From positions 117,940-181,939 of the forward strand of contig JAOAEL010000001.1 of the NCBI GenBank assembly GCA_026416845.1: 64,000 nucleotides of DNA. The letters are read 5' to 3'. Below the pieces are notes generated by a model. That model was not told where the DNA came from. It did no database searches and was given only the letters and a program-made list of their open reading frames with translations. Made by a program: the position numbers and the translations under genes. Below, piece by piece: positions 40,214-49,796 of the stretch; position 1 is the stretch's first letter; every line of letters begins with the position of its first letter. The DNA is from Patescibacteria group bacterium. GTDB lineage: Bacteria; Patescibacteriota; Microgenomatia; UBA8517.

Positions 40214-41374
40214 ATGGCAAAAAGCTTTTTGAAAACAATATCTCTTATTGTCATTTTTTCTCTTGCGCCTACATTTTTACTGTGGCTGCCTTTTTTCTTA
40301 AGAATAGAAAACGTATTTGGTATACCTCTCCCCAAAGATGGCATGGCAACAGTTGTGGCTAATTATGATGGACCTTTGTACATCGTCGTATCTAAAACTT
40401 TTTACGATCCTCAAGCTGTGGGCGAATTTCCATTCACACTTCCATCTGAATACTATGCAGCGCATTTTCCTTTATTTCCTTTATTAATCAAAATTTTTTC
40501 CTCGTTCACCAATTCCATATACGCAATGCTTATAGCAACCATTTTATTCAGTATTATAGGTACTTATTATTTCTATTTACTTGCCAAAGATATTGTCGGA
40601 GAAAAAAAGGCACTATGGCTTGCGTTTGTATTTAGTATTTTCCCAGCAAGATGGTTAATTGTAAGATCTGTAGGCGCCGCAGAGCCAATGTTTTTAGCGG
40701 CAATTACAGCGTCATTGTACTACTTTAGAAGAGAAAATTACTGGATGGCAGGAACATGGGGAGCGTTAGCGCAACTAACAAAATCTCCCGGAATCCTGCT
40801 TTTTATAGGATTTTGCATTTCAATAATCATAGCACATTTCAGAAAAACAGCTTTTGCAAGCATACTAGAAGCATTCTCATTAAAAAGTTTGATAAAAACT
40901 ATCCCACTACTTCTAATCCCTATCGCACTAGTAGGAGTTTTTTGCCTGTACTACTTTAGAATGGGAAACTTTTTTGCTTACTTTAATTCTGGAGACAACA
41001 TACATTTGTTTTTCCCACCTTTTCAAGTCTTTAACTATTCACAAGCATGGGTAGGCACATTTTGGCTTGAAGAAATAATATTTTTGTATCTCTTGGGACT
41101 TCTTGGATTTTTCAAGCTAGTTTCAATGAAAGAAGAAAAATTATATTGCTTTTATGCAGTTTTTTTAATCTCACTTTTTTTTGTCGCACACAGAGACATA
41201 CTTAGATATGGGCTTCCGATCGCTCCATTGGCTTTAATTGCCTTTCATGAAACTCTTACCAAAAAAGAATTTAAAATAATATTTGGAATTTTGTTACTGC
41301 CAATATATCTTTACGCGCTCACATACATATCTCAAAACACAATGCCAATCACAAACTGGAGTAAGCTGATATAA
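40214..41374 (+). CDS. Polytopic membrane protein (GT-C-like candidate); it is the only plus-strand gene inside the glycosylation block
   Basis: 386 aa with about 11 TM helices. VANYDGPLYIVVSKTFYDP loop. Divergently oriented from the 39413 GT2. Confidence 0.4.
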   Translation: MAKSFLKTISLIVIFSLAPTFLLWLPFFLRIENVFGIPLPKDGMATVVANYDGPLYIVVSKTFYDPQAVGEFPFTLPSEYYAAHFPLFPLLIKIFSSFTNSIYAMLIATILFSIIGTYYFYLLAKDIVGEKKALWLAFVFSIFPARWLIVRSVGAAEPMFLAAITASLYYFRRENYWMAGTWGALAQLTKSPGILLFIGFCISIIIAHFRKTAFASILEAFSLKSLIKTIPLLLIPIALVGVFCLYYFRMGNFFAYFNSGDNIHLFFPPFQVFNYSQAWVGTFWLEEIIFLYLLGLLGFFKLVSMKEEKLYCFYAVFLISLFFVAHRDILRYGLPIAPLALIAFHETLTKKEFKIIFGILLLPIYLYALTYISQNTMPITNWSKLI

Positions 41375-41386
41375 ATTTTTTATTCT

Positions 41387-42583
41387 TTAAGAAGACAAAA
41401 AGTTTGAATTTTTGTTCTTAATTATATTCCTTATCCTCTCAACAAAAGGCACTTTCCAAGTTCTCCATATCACCGCATTGTACATAAAATAGTTATAAGG
41501 CATGATGAAAAACAAAATTATAAACGGAAGCAATAATTGCCTATACTGACTACCAAAAATAAAAACACCCAAAGAACCAACTGTCGTTTGAATCAGTAAA
41601 GCGCCCATAGAAGTCAAGTTAAACTGAAAAAACTTAAGCGCCCATTTATGAAATCCGCGAATTCTTTCTTTCCTAAAAGTCCAAAAATTATTTAACAAGA
41701 AATTGTTTATTATTGCCATCTCAACAGCTAATGCCCAAATCACTGGTTCAGGCAAAAAATCCTCATACCTGCCAAAAAACCACAATCCAGTGGCATTGAC
41801 CAGATAACCAACAAATCCAACAGTCCCAAATTTTACGAATCTCTTTTTGTCCAAAATTCCAAGAATAATTGCAAGCTTGAATGTTGAGATCATTTCTTTG
41901 GCATCAAATTTTGACTTCTCTTCTGTTCTTGGGGCAAACTCAAGCGGAATCTCAACAACATTTTTGGCAAGCTTTATACTTTGATACAACAAATCAACTT
42001 TATAAGCAAAACGTTTCAGTTCCCTAATATTCTCCAAATCTATTTTATCTAAAACCCCATTTACTTTAGTTAATCTAAAACCTGTTGTTAAATCATGTAT
42101 TTTAAAATTAAGCAAAGCCAGTCTGATAAAGAGATTTCCAAAATAGCTCACAATTCTTCTTGAAATCGCCCACTCTTTTGGAATAGATCCTCCTTTGATA
42201 TATCTTGAACCTATCACATAATCTGCACCTTTGAGATATGCTTCAACCATAGGAATCACAAATCGTGGCGGATGTTGGAAATCCGAATCCATTTCTATAA
42301 CAGCATCAGCTTTTAAGTTTTCCATTGCATATCTAAATCCCCAAATATAAGCCCAACCCAAGCCTCTTTTTTCCGGCTCAAGCAATAAATGCAAGTTTTT
42401 ATAACCTTTAAGCAATTTTTTGACATACTGGCCAGTGCCATCTGGAGAATTTCCATCTACTATAAGAAGGTGCATCTGAGCATTTTTAATTTTTGGAAAT
42501 ACATCATCCAAAAGGGCAGGAATCATCCTCTTGATATTTGCCAATTCATTGTAAGTTGGCATCACAATTACAATTTTGTCCAT
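41387..42583 (-). CDS. GT2 polyprenol-phosphate glycosyltransferase fused to a C-terminal GtrA-like 4-TM domain
   Basis: VIVMPTYNELANIKRMIPAL...IVDGNSPDGT...EMDSDFQH (GT2) followed by C-terminal GTVGFVGYLVNATGLWFF...NNFWTFR (GtrA-type). Confidence 0.75.
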   Translation of the reverse strand: MDKIVIVMPTYNELANIKRMIPALLDDVFPKIKNAQMHLLIVDGNSPDGTGQYVKKLLKGYKNLHLLLEPEKRGLGWAYIWGFRYAMENLKADAVIEMDSDFQHPPRFVIPMVEAYLKGADYVIGSRYIKGGSIPKEWAISRRIVSYFGNLFIRLALLNFKIHDLTTGFRLTKVNGVLDKIDLENIRELKRFAYKVDLLYQSIKLAKNVVEIPLEFAPRTEEKSKFDAKEMISTFKLAIILGILDKKRFVKFGTVGFVGYLVNATGLWFFGRYEDFLPEPVIWALAVEMAIINNFLLNNFWTFRKERIRGFHKWALKFFQFNLTSMGALLIQTTVGSLGVFIFGSQYRQLLLPFIILFFIMPYNYFMYNAVIWRTWKVPFVERIRNIIKNKNSNFLSS

Positions 42584-42716
42584 ATATTGATGTTAACAAA
42601 TAAAACGAACTATTACACAACACATTCAAAAAATCAAATGCTAAAATATGACATATCTGTATACCTAATACTTTAATCTGAACAACATTTGAACAACAAA
42701 AGAAAATAAACTCATT
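42584..42716. promoter_or_regulatory. Divergent promoter region between the minus-strand glycosylation block and the plus-strand exporter operon
   Basis: 133 bp AT-rich gap flanked by outward-facing starts (42583 minus, 42717 plus). No specific -35/-10 assignment made. Confidence 0.3.
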
Positions 42717-43787
42717 ATGTTTTCACTTATAGGATGGTTAAACAAAAATAAAAAAAAGTTTTTTTTGACTTTTCTTGGTCTAGCTCTAATTGCATGGTGG
42801 ATTTGGTCGTCGCAGGGTAAGCCTACCGAAGTAGATATAGCTACCGCTTACGAAGGAGAAATCATTCAATACGTATCAGCGTCAGGCAAAATTGCCGCAA
42901 GTCAAGCCGTTAATTTAACTTTTCAAACTTCAGGCAAATTGGCATATGTTGGCGTATCAGAAGGAGACAAAATAAAAAAGGGAAAACTTGTAGCCGCGCT
43001 TGACAAAAAGCGACTAGAACAAACGCTAAGAAAATATTTAAATGCTTTTGAGAAAGAATTTAGCAATTTTGAAGACTCAAACGATTCAATCAAGGATTTG
43101 GTACTCACAGACTCAGTCAGACGTATCAAAAACAGAGCGCAAATTGATCTAAATCAAGCAGTTTTAGATGTTGAAATCCAGAATGAAACTATCCGCTTAG
43201 CTAATTTATATTCGCCAATTGACGGCATAGTAATAACAGCAAATCCTAAACATGCAGGCATGAATGTAAATCCAGGAAACGCAAGTTTTGAGATAGTAAA
43301 CCCTCAAACAGTATATTTTGAAGCAAAAGTGAACGAAACAGATATATCTCAAATACAAGAAGGTTTGCCGGTTGAATTAAAACTTGACGCGTATCCTGAT
43401 GAAATTTTATACCAGAAGGTAAATTCAATTTCTTTTTCAAGCACAACGACCTCAACTGGAGCAACAGCGTATATTGTAAACGTTTCTCTCCCACCAAATG
43501 AAAATCTGAAATACAGACTTGGAATGAATGGCGATATAAAAATCATAATAGCCCAAAAAAAAGATGTTATTTTAGCGCCTCAAACCGCGCTCGTGGAAAC
43601 AGAAAACAAAAAATATATTTGGATAATCGAAAACGGCTTATCAAAAAAAGTTGAAGTTGAGACAGGAATTTTCTCAACAAATGAAATAGAGATAATAAAA
43701 GGATTAAGAAAAGGAGATCAAATTATAAATAGGCCGCCATCTGATCTTAAGGAAAATGCAAAGGTAATACAAAAACGCAAAAAATAA
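42717..43787 (+). CDS. Periplasmic adaptor / membrane-fusion protein (HlyD/MacA-like)
   Basis: N-terminal TM anchor, then a biotinyl/lipoyl-like hairpin (GKIAASQAVNLTFQTSGKLAYVGVSEGDKIKKGKLVAAL), a coiled-coil region and beta-barrel domains. Sits upstream of the ABC pair. Confidence 0.7.
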   Translation: MFSLIGWLNKNKKKFFLTFLGLALIAWWIWSSQGKPTEVDIATAYEGEIIQYVSASGKIAASQAVNLTFQTSGKLAYVGVSEGDKIKKGKLVAALDKKRLEQTLRKYLNAFEKEFSNFEDSNDSIKDLVLTDSVRRIKNRAQIDLNQAVLDVEIQNETIRLANLYSPIDGIVITANPKHAGMNVNPGNASFEIVNPQTVYFEAKVNETDISQIQEGLPVELKLDAYPDEILYQKVNSISFSSTTTSTGATAYIVNVSLPPNENLKYRLGMNGDIKIIIAQKKDVILAPQTALVETENKKYIWIIENGLSKKVEVETGIFSTNEIEIIKGLRKGDQIINRPPSDLKENAKVIQKRKK

Positions 43788-43813
43788 TTTAAGTTAATGT
43801 CCCAAAACTTTTC

Positions 43814-44497
43814 ATGGATAAAGTTGTAGTTCTTCAATCAATTAAAAAAATATATCCAATTGGAGATGCGCAAATAGAAGTTCTTAAGAATGTTTCACTT
43901 GCCATATACGAAGGTGAATTTGTGGCAATTGTAGGGCCTTCAGGAAGCGGCAAATCCACACTAATGCACATTATCGGACTTTTAGATAAACCAACAAGCG
44001 GAGAGGTAATACTTGTCAACCGCAATGTTTCATCATTTACTGAAACAGAACTTGCGGAACTTAGAAACAAATATATTGGCTTTGTATTTCAATTTTTTAA
44101 TTTACTGCCACGCACAAGCGCGATAGACAACGTAATTTTACCTCTAACTTATTCAAAAGTACCTCAAAAAGAATGGCAAGAAAAAGCAAAAGCGATGCTT
44201 GATGTAGTTGGGCTGTCGCAAAGAATATACCATACTCCATCTCAATTGTCAGGCGGACAACAACAAAGAGTGGCAATAGCAAGAGCTTTAATAAATAATC
44301 CTAAAATAATACTAGCAGACGAACCAACAGGAAATTTAGACAGTAAATCTGGCCAAGAAATAATAAATATTTTCAAAAAACTAAACAAAGAAGGTAACAC
44401 AATAGTTTTAGTCACTCATGAACCTGATATTGCCAAACAAGCTAAAAGAATAATCGAAGTGAAAGACGGCGAAATTATAAGAGACACAAAAGTATGA
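43814..44497 (+). CDS. ABC transporter ATP-binding protein (MacB/LolD-type)
   Basis: Walker A GPSGSGKST, signature LSGGQQQRVAIARAL, Walker B ILADEPTGNLD. 227 aa, ends with a TGA stop. Confidence 0.9.
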   Translation: MDKVVVLQSIKKIYPIGDAQIEVLKNVSLAIYEGEFVAIVGPSGSGKSTLMHIIGLLDKPTSGEVILVNRNVSSFTETELAELRNKYIGFVFQFFNLLPRTSAIDNVILPLTYSKVPQKEWQEKAKAMLDVVGLSQRIYHTPSQLSGGQQQRVAIARALINNPKIILADEPTGNLDSKSGQEIINIFKKLNKEGNTIVLVTHEPDIAKQAKRIIEVKDGEIIRDTKV

Positions 44498-45690
44498 AAG
44501 AGGTTGTTGTTTTGTCTTTCAAAAACATTCTGCGGAACAAAGTGCGATCTGCTCTTACTATGCTTGGAATAATAATAGGAGTATCTGCCGTCATACTTCT
44601 AATATCCGTAGGACAAGGATTGCAAAAATACATAACAAGTCAATTTGAAAGACTAGGTGCAAACACAATTAATGTTTTACCCGGCAAAGTCACCTTGGAT
44701 GAAGGGTTCGCAGGTAGCGGACCAAACTTTGCAGGCAGTAAGTTAACATTAGAAATGGCTAACGATCTCCAAAAAATAGGCGATCCAATAAGCATAGTAG
44801 GAGCGGAAAATGAAGTCTCGGCAACAGTTTCATACAAAGGCAAATCAAAATACACAACAGTCGCCGGCATAACTGTGGGTTACGCAAAAATACTTAATCT
44901 GGAAATAGAAGAAGGAAGAGAAATATCTCAAACCGATATTGACTTAGGCAGAAAAGTGGTAGTCATAGGCAAATCAATACAAGAAGACCTTTTTGGACAA
45001 AGTACAGCCATAGGCAAACAAATAACAATAGCCCAAGAACGTTATGAAGTTATAGGAATACTTGCCGAGATAGGTTCGGCGGGGATAGGAATTGACATTG
45101 ATAATTTCGTCGCAATCCCAATCACAACCGCAAGTAGAATCTCAGGGTCTGACAAAATTCAGGTTATTTCAATAAAAGCTAAATCCAAAGATGACATGGA
45201 TGAAACAATAGAAATCACCAAAAGGTATTTAAGCACTAAACTAAAAGAAGACGAATTTAGCATTATTGATCAATCAAATCTTTTAAGCACTATTACACAA
45301 ATACTTAATGTTCTCACACTAGCACTTGGAGGAATTGCCGCGATCTCTCTTGTGGTAGGCGGTGTTGGGATCATGAATATAATGCTAGTCTCAGTAACGG
45401 AAAGAACAAGAGAAATAGGACTTAGGAAAGCAGTGGGAGCCAAACCAAATGATATACTAATTCAGTTTTTAATAGAAGCGACAACATTATCAGTTGCCGG
45501 TGGAACAATAGGCATACTAATTGGTTGGGGAGGATCAATTGTACTAAATCAGTTTTTCCCTACATCTGTTACAATTTGGGCTGTGACTTTGGCTTTTGGA
45601 GTATCAGCGGCAGTTGGTATAATCTTTGGCGTCGCCCCTGCCATCAGAGCATCGCGATTAAATCCTATAACCGCCTTACGATATGAATAA
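44494..45690 (+). CDS. ABC transporter permease, FtsX/MacB-type
   Basis: N-terminal TM, large extracytoplasmic domain, then three C-terminal TM helices (FtsX fold). ATGA overlap with the ATPase gene. Confidence 0.85.
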   Translation: MKEVVVLSFKNILRNKVRSALTMLGIIIGVSAVILLISVGQGLQKYITSQFERLGANTINVLPGKVTLDEGFAGSGPNFAGSKLTLEMANDLQKIGDPISIVGAENEVSATVSYKGKSKYTTVAGITVGYAKILNLEIEEGREISQTDIDLGRKVVVIGKSIQEDLFGQSTAIGKQITIAQERYEVIGILAEIGSAGIGIDIDNFVAIPITTASRISGSDKIQVISIKAKSKDDMDETIEITKRYLSTKLKEDEFSIIDQSNLLSTITQILNVLTLALGGIAAISLVVGGVGIMNIMLVSVTERTREIGLRKAVGAKPNDILIQFLIEATTLSVAGGTIGILIGWGGSIVLNQFFPTSVTIWAVTLAFGVSAAVGIIFGVAPAIRASRLNPITALRYE

Positions 45691-45757
45691 AAAAGGGGTA
45701 TAAATTAAAAATTCAGATTTAAACTAAAACAAATATTTAATCTTATACAACAAAATT

Positions 45758-46414
45758 ATGAAAATAGATATTCTAACACTTTTCCCTGAAATGTTTTCTG
45801 CTGTATTTGAATATTCAATTATTGGCAGAGCGCAAAAAGAAAATTATGTGTCAATTAACATACATCAATTGCGCAATTGGGCAGATGGAAAGTATCAAAA
45901 GGTTGATGACAGGCCATTCGGTGGCGGAGTTGGAATGCTTCTTAAAATAGAACCAATTCATAAAGCTATAAAATCACTGAATAGCAATCAGAACGCAAGA
46001 GTAATACTCACAGATGCCGGCGGAGAAATATTTACACAAAAAAAAGCGCAAAAACTTTGCAAAGAAAAACACCTGATATTTATCTGTGGAAGATACGAAG
46101 GAGTTGATCATAGGGTGCATGAACACATAGCAGACGAGATATTATCAATAGGAGAATTTGTTTTAACAGGCGGTGAAATTCCAACTATGATAATGGTAGA
46201 CACAATAGTAAGACTAATCCCCGGAGTGCTTCGCAAGGAAGAAGCTGTTTTATATGAATCGTTTTCCGAAAGCAAAGATCAAACAATCTTAACAGAATAC
46301 CCGCAATACACAAGACCAGAAATTTATAATAACTGGAAAGTACCTGAAATTCTACTGAGTGGAGATCACAAAAAAATAGCGGAATGGAGAAATCTAAAAT
46401 CAAAAAAAACGTAA
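45758..46414 (+). CDS. trmD: tRNA (guanine37-N1)-methyltransferase
   Basis: MKIDILTLFPEMF..., GGGVGMLLKIEPI and RYEGVDHRV are hallmark TrmD segments. 218 aa. Confidence 0.9.
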   Translation: MKIDILTLFPEMFSAVFEYSIIGRAQKENYVSINIHQLRNWADGKYQKVDDRPFGGGVGMLLKIEPIHKAIKSLNSNQNARVILTDAGGEIFTQKKAQKLCKEKHLIFICGRYEGVDHRVHEHIADEILSIGEFVLTGGEIPTMIMVDTIVRLIPGVLRKEEAVLYESFSESKDQTILTEYPQYTRPEIYNNWKVPEILLSGDHKKIAEWRNLKSKKT

Positions 46415-46434
46415 AAATGTAAAAAAGTTAGATC

Positions 46435-47277
46435 TTAATACCCTTTATAACTTGGCAATGTAAAATTGTTGTTATATCTCATATCAATCCTTATACTAAG
46501 CTTCTTTAAAAGTCTATTTAATAACATGACACTAGGACTGATACTAGCCAAAAAAAATAATTCAAAAGAAAAATTCCTCGCAATAATTCTAGGAACGGAA
46601 TATAAGTCAGATCTTGGCAAAATAACGTTGTTATCATATGACAAAGCCATCCAGTATCTTGCCTTCTTCACAGAAGAAACAATAGATTGGCTGTACTTGC
46701 CATAGGGATAAGAAAAGAAACGAATATTAAAACCAAGTTTTTTTAGCTTTAATTTTGAATCCCTAATTTCTTTTTTTCTCTCCAAAGAAGAAAGCTTGCC
46801 AAAATCAGCATGGCTATCTGAATGACAACCTATATCCCACCCCTCAGAAGATAACTTGTGTAAACTTCTCTTATTAAGACAATCATATTGATGGTTGGCA
46901 GAAGAGTTTTTCCTATCTGATATTACAAAAACAGTCGGTTTAATACCATTCTCTTTTAGGAAATCTTTAACTAATAAAATACTTTTATCTCCTCCGTCAA
47001 AAGTAACCGCAAAACTTTTTTTAACCAAAGCCTTTTTGTCTAAAATATGGTAATAAACATCATATAAAGAAACGGGATTTCTGTGCTTTAGCAAAATGTT
47101 TATTTGTTTTTTGAAGTTATCAATCGAAATGCTATCAGGATCCGACCTTCCTATTGTTTTATAACACAAGACAACCACTTTTGCATGACGATCAAAAATC
47201 ACATCGACAAAGTATAAAATTAAACAAACAATTTTGTACAAAAAACCCAAAAATGAAAACTTGATAGATTGAAACAT
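46435..47277 (-). CDS. Polysaccharide deacetylase family protein (NodB-homology domain)
   Basis: FAVTFDGGDKS...TVFV and the downstream HSDSHADF histidine motif fit the CE4 deacetylase fold. It has an N-terminal hydrophobic segment. Confidence 0.6.
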   Translation of the reverse strand: MFQSIKFSFLGFLYKIVCLILYFVDVIFDRHAKVVVLCYKTIGRSDPDSISIDNFKKQINILLKHRNPVSLYDVYYHILDKKALVKKSFAVTFDGGDKSILLVKDFLKENGIKPTVFVISDRKNSSANHQYDCLNKRSLHKLSSEGWDIGCHSDSHADFGKLSSLERKKEIRDSKLKLKKLGFNIRFFSYPYGKYSQSIVSSVKKARYWMALSYDNNVILPRSDLYSVPRIIARNFSFELFFLASISPSVMLLNRLLKKLSIRIDMRYNNNFTLPSYKGY

Positions 47278-47384
47278 TGGAAAAACAAAATTGAGGCAGA
47301 AAACTCTAGCTTTGGAAACAGCTTCTTACATGCAGGAAGCTAGTATACAAAAACTTGCATCATAAAAGCAAATTTGTGCAAAAT

Positions 47385-48263
47385 CTAAAGAACCAATTTA
47401 TCAACAATATCTCTTATAGATCTTTGTGGTAGATCTAAAGTTTTGCAAGATTCTTCACACAAAAGACCTCCATATTGAGGGTACCTTCTTTTGTCTTCAT
47501 CTGACATTTTTATTCCTCTTAAGTCAATAGATTTCTTGAAAACCTTGGACAAGTAATAAGACGCTATATCATAAGGGGAACTTACATCCGAAGAACTAAC
47601 ATGAAATGTGCCGGGGGAAATATCCTTTTGAATAATTTTGGTTAAAGCCACAGCCACATCATCGATAAATGTCAATCCAATTTTTTGATCAGTAAACAAA
47701 GGATACAAATTCCCACTTTCATAAAGATTTAATATTTTGTGAAGATAATCTAATTTTGCTTCAAAATTAACACGCACTGGGTTGTTTATCCTTACGATAT
47801 AAGCACTACTTGGGAGATTTTCTCTAACATAACTTTCGGCCAACGCTTTTGTATAACCATACCAATTAAGAATTTCAGAATCTAAAACTGGCATACTGCT
47901 TTCAGGATATGGACCCTTATTATCAGGTCTTCCTGAAAAAACCATATCAGTAGATATATATATAAACTTTATTCCTTTGCCTTTAGCAGCATCAACCAAA
48001 TTTTTTGTACCCTCAAAATTTACAACATAACACTCTCCTTTTTTATCATTCCGTTGTTTCTCAGCTTCGGAGACATTGGTAAAAGCGGCAAAATGCACAA
48101 CCGCGCAAAAATCAAAACTTGAAAACAAAGCGTTTATCGAAACTGGATCGGTAATATCTAGCTCAATTTCTTTAGGATAATGCAACAAATCAGAATCTGG
48201 GTAAAGTTCTATAAATCTAGACCCTACCAGTCCTGTTGACCCTGTAACAAGTATGCGCTTCAT
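47385..48263 (-). CDS. rmlD: dTDP-4-dehydrorhamnose reductase-like NAD-dependent reductase
   Basis: MKRILVTGSTGLVGSRF Rossmann N-terminus. ~290 aa. It is the last gene of the rmlA-B-C-D run. Confidence 0.65.
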   Translation of the reverse strand: MKRILVTGSTGLVGSRFIELYPDSDLLHYPKEIELDITDPVSINALFSSFDFCAVVHFAAFTNVSEAEKQRNDKKGECYVVNFEGTKNLVDAAKGKGIKFIYISTDMVFSGRPDNKGPYPESSMPVLDSEILNWYGYTKALAESYVRENLPSSAYIVRINNPVRVNFEAKLDYLHKILNLYESGNLYPLFTDQKIGLTFIDDVAVALTKIIQKDISPGTFHVSSSDVSSPYDIASYYLSKVFKKSIDLRGIKMSDEDKRRYPQYGGLLCEESCKTLDLPQRSIRDIVDKLVL

Positions 48264-48265
48264 AT

Positions 48266-48787
48266 TTAAATTTTAGATAGCGGCAAGGAATTCTTATCAG
48301 CATTAGAAAGTTCAGGAGCCTTCGTAGGCCAAGGGGTATTTAATTCAGGGTCATTCCAAGCTATACGTCTCATTCCATCTTCAGTATAGTATTTATCCAC
48401 CAAATAAAAATAGTCGATAGGTTTGTCACCCAAAACATAATAAGCATTTGCCAACATGGGTAGCAAGAAAAAAGCGCAACAATCGTAAGATGAAACTTTG
48501 CAAGTATATACCTTCTTGTACGTTGACGAATTAGGATCAATATCTGCTATTGCTATAAAAACCTCACCAACCGGATATATCAACTTCGCCCATGGATTTG
48601 CATGAAAACCACGCAAAACATTTGGATTTGAACGGGAATGGTTCCATTGAACAGGTAGAAATTCATAATTGGTTTCAGACAACAAAGATTTTCTAAAGAC
48701 TTCACAAAAAAAACCTCTGGAATCTTTTATTAGATCAAGTTCTATCTTCCAAAGGCCGTTAATGTGAGTTTTTTGAATTTTTGCCAT
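48266..48787 (-). CDS. rmlC: dTDP-4-dehydrorhamnose 3,5-epimerase; start taken at the internal MAKIQKT...
   Basis: INGLWKIELDLIKDSRGFFCEVF...LRGFHAN is an RmlC cupin signature. The ORF-track N-terminal extension would run 77 nt into rmlB. Confidence 0.8.
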   Translation of the reverse strand: MAKIQKTHINGLWKIELDLIKDSRGFFCEVFRKSLLSETNYEFLPVQWNHSRSNPNVLRGFHANPWAKLIYPVGEVFIAIADIDPNSSTYKKVYTCKVSSYDCCAFFLLPMLANAYYVLGDKPIDYFYLVDKYYTEDGMRRIAWNDPELNTPWPTKAPELSNADKNSLPLSKI

Positions 48788-48788
48788 G

Positions 48789-49793
48789 TTAAATTTGCAT
48801 CGTCTTTTTGTACAACTTTTCAGACTTTTTCTTGATTGGCTCCCACCACCATCTATTTTTTTCATACCAGTTTATCGTTTTTGCAATATAGTCGTCAAAA
48901 CTAAAAAGCGGTTTCCAATTAAGTTGCTTTCTTATCTTTGAAGAATCAATAGCATACCTGCGATCATGACCAGGCCTATCTTTTACAAACTGTATTTTAG
49001 AATCAGGCAAATTCATTGTGCGAAGTATAATTTTTGCTACTTCCAGATTATTTATTTCGCGATCGCTCCCACCAACCAAATAAGTTTCTCCTTCTTTTCC
49101 ACTTTTGATGACAAGATCAATCGCTCTCACATGATCCTCCACATACAACCAATCACGAACATACTTGCCATCTCCATATATTTTAATATTCTCTCCTGTC
49201 AATAAATTCGTAATCATTCTTGGGATAAATTTTTCAGTATCTTGATACGGCCCATAATTATTCGAGGTATTTGTAATTGTCACCGGCAATCCATAAGTAT
49301 AAAAATATGCTCTTGCCAAATGATCTGCAGCCGCTTTGCTTGCTGCATATGGGCTTCTTGGATTATAAGAAGTCTGTTCAGTGAATTTTCCTCCATGAAA
49401 AGGCAATTCCCCAAAAACTTCGTCTGTTGAAACAAGGTGAAATCTTTTTATTTTATTTTTTAAAGCGGCATCAAGCAAATTTTGTGTGCCAAGCACATTC
49501 GTTTTAACAAAAATTAACGGATCAAGTATAGATCTGTCCACATGAGTCTCCGCCGCAAAATGAACAACAATATCAGTTTCCTTAATCAAATCATTTACCA
49601 ATTTGCGATTGCAAATATCTCCCTTGACAAATCTATAATTACTTTGGTTTGAAAAATCAAAAGTGGAAGACAGATGACCCGCATATGTTAGCTTGTCAAG
49701 GTTTACAACCTGATGATCAGGATACTTTGCCAACCAATAACGAATAAAATTGCTACCTATAAACCCACAACCACCTGTAACTAGCAATTTCAT
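48789..49793 (-). CDS. rmlB: dTDP-glucose 4,6-dehydratase
   Basis: MKLLVTGGCGFIGSNFIRYWL..., catalytic YAASKAAADHL (YxxxK), 334 aa. Confidence 0.9.
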   Translation of the reverse strand: MKLLVTGGCGFIGSNFIRYWLAKYPDHQVVNLDKLTYAGHLSSTFDFSNQSNYRFVKGDICNRKLVNDLIKETDIVVHFAAETHVDRSILDPLIFVKTNVLGTQNLLDAALKNKIKRFHLVSTDEVFGELPFHGGKFTEQTSYNPRSPYAASKAAADHLARAYFYTYGLPVTITNTSNNYGPYQDTEKFIPRMITNLLTGENIKIYGDGKYVRDWLYVEDHVRAIDLVIKSGKEGETYLVGGSDREINNLEVAKIILRTMNLPDSKIQFVKDRPGHDRRYAIDSSKIRKQLNWKPLFSFDDYIAKTINWYEKNRWWWEPIKKKSEKLYKKTMQI

Positions 49794-49796
49794 AAC

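Noticed and set aside
40129-40344. 71-aa minus-strand ORF spanning the divergent promoter gap and the start of the 40214 plus-strand gene
   Set aside because: It overlaps the confident plus-strand membrane protein start and the intergenic region and has no RBS or motif. It is spurious.
47278-47384. Imperfect inverted repeats (CTAGCTT...AAGCTAG and AGCTTC...GAAGCT) downstream of rmlD, considered as a terminator or regulatory hairpin
   Set aside because: The stems are short and overlapping with long loops, and there is no adjacent T-run on the relevant strand. I cannot distinguish them from chance in a 107-bp spacer.
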